Shown in pieces: positions 62,709-64,000 of a DNA stretch of 64,000 nucleotides. Under the pieces are notes generated by a model, which worked only from the letters and a program-made list of their open reading frames with translations, was not told where the DNA came from and ran no database searches. Position 1 is the stretch's first letter. Each line of letters opens with the position of its first letter. A program made the position numbers and the translations under genes. This stretch comes from Squalus acanthias (Eukaryota), in NCBI GenBank assembly GCA_030390025.1, contig CM059433.1:5022001-5086000 (forward strand), read 5' to 3'.

Positions 62709-62800
62709 TTATTCCTTTTTCTTTCCAGCCTTCCTGTAGTAGATGATGGTAGTCAAAACCCATATATTCAACACACATATCACCACATAGCGGACAAGCA
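62709..62800 (-). CDS. SLC66A3: SLC66A3 (PQLC3) last coding exon
   Basis: - strand: ttttctttccag|TG CTT GTC...; (x)LVRYVVICVLNIWVLTTIIYYRKAGKKKE*, resembling human ..ILLRFVIMLALNIWVTVTVLRYRKTAIKAE; SLC66A3 is the tail-to-tail neighbour of ROCK2 in human. Confidence 0.88.
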
Positions 62801-62949
62801 CTGGAAAGAAAATTAGAACTATTATAGAAGATGTGCATTTTTATTTAGAATTATTACTGACCCATACATAAAAATCAAGTCATCTGCTTTTACTGTAGAA
62901 GTTTGTAATGATCAAAAACATTGCATCTTAATTTGCATTTACTTACAAA

Positions 62950-63866
62950 CATACGAATTAGGAGTAGGCCACTCGGCCCCTCGAGCCTGCTCCGCCATTC
63001 AATAAGATCACGGCTGATCTGATTACTCCACATTCCCGCCTACCCCCGATAACCTTTCACCCCTCCTTGCTTACCAAGAATCTATCTACCTCTGCCTTAA
63101 AAATATTCAAAGACTCTGCTTCCACCGCCCTCTGAGGAAGAGAGTTCCAAAGACTCACGACCCTCTGAGAAAAAATTTCTCCTCATCTCTGTCTTAAATT
63201 GGCCATGATGCGGAGATGCCGGTGTTGGACTGGGGTGGACAAAAATGAGAAGTCGCACAACACCAGGTTATAGTCCAACAGTTTTATTTGAAATCACAAG
63301 CTTTCGGAGCTTACATGGCCCTTTCCTCAGGTGAAGTAAAGAGATACAGAATCGCCAAAGTATATATAGATAGAGAACAATGCATGTGTTACTTACAATG
63401 GCAGACGACTACATTTAAATCAACCTGACTGCCTTTTGTCACACCTCGGCAGATAAACAATCAGGTCAGCCAGGAAAGTACCACATCAAAGACATAGCAA
63501 GATACAACTGAGACAATGAGGTGGAGCCACAGGGGGTCCAATGTGTCAAAAGCCGCAGTATGGGAAACGATAAACTTTAAAAAATTTTACTTTTTTACTG
63601 GGAATCACATCTGTTAACAAGCCAACGACAACTCGAGTCTGGATCACATCATGTATCGTGACATAAACCCAAGATCCCGCTTGAGGCCGTCCTCATGAGT
63701 GCGGAACTTGGCTATCAGTTTCTGCTCGATGATTTTGCGTTGTCGTGTGTTTCTAAGGCCGCCTTGGAGAACGCTTACCCGCAGATCCGAGGCTGAATGT
63801 CCTTGACTGCTGAAGTGTTCCCCGACTGGCGACCCCTTATTTTTAAACAGTGACCCCTAGTTCTAG
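62950..63866 (-). mobile_element. CR1 3' fragment split by a Penelope insertion
   Basis: Reverse CR1 tail; ..gtcttaaattggc | gaccccttattttt.. rejoins across the insert. Confidence 0.8.
63204..63830 (-). mobile_element. Penelope-like element, 5'-truncated: GIY-YIG endonuclease C-terminus, 3' region and hammerhead motif (63294-63334)
   Basis: 63829->63644 reads PVGEHFSSQGHSASDLRVSVLQGGLRNTRQRKIIEQKLIAKFRTHEDGLKRDLGFMSRYMM*; UCAC-CUGAGGA...GAAA-GC-UU-GUGA downstream. Confidence 0.85.
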
Positions 63867-64000
63867 TTAAAGTAAATTTAAAGGACACAGAAGCATTTCA
63901 TAGTTGCCTTCTCAGGTCCAGTGGTGTCAGTCACTCCCATAAGCAGTCAGAGCATTACTTTTATGGGAGTTGACTCGCACTGCCCTATATCTACTTGCAT

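Noticed and set aside
62593..62838. 81-aa ORF on the - strand
   Set aside because: Wrong frame; the overlapping spliced frame gives the SLC66A3-like peptide
63933..63970. 10-bp hairpin ACTCCCATAA/TTATGGGAGT
   Set aside because: Short, at the window edge, with no further structure to interpret

Overview
Eukaryotic genomic DNA, most likely from a cartilaginous fish (inferred from the HE1-type V-SINE, Deu-domain SINEs and abundant CR1/L2 LINEs). The + strand carries the 3' part of ROCK2: eight internal coding exons (674-30301) covering the coiled-coil/Rho-binding region, split PH domain and C1 domain, then a canonical last exon at 38799 (-NKPS*) with a ~1.65 kb 3'UTR. The last coding exon of SLC66A3/PQLC3 lies tail-to-tail on the - strand (62709-62800); the ORF track misses it. 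Additional ROCK2 splicing features: a frame-preserving 222-nt cassette resembling the muscle ROCK2m exon, flanked by Rbfox/QKI motifs, and two candidate alternative C-terminal exons. One encodes an acidic-aromatic tail (RLLDMAFKDWDWPFDDDDDDVFDF*) with its own poly(A) cluster. Much of the intronic and intergenic DNA is transposon-derived: CR1, L2 and Ingi/Vingi-like LINEs, four SINE types, two solo LTRs, hAT, TcMar and Harbinger-type DNA elements, and Penelope-derived sequences carrying four minimal hammerhead-ribozyme motifs. Gene calls rest on recalled protein similarity plus manual splice-phase checks. Repeat boundaries without a stated TSD are approximate.
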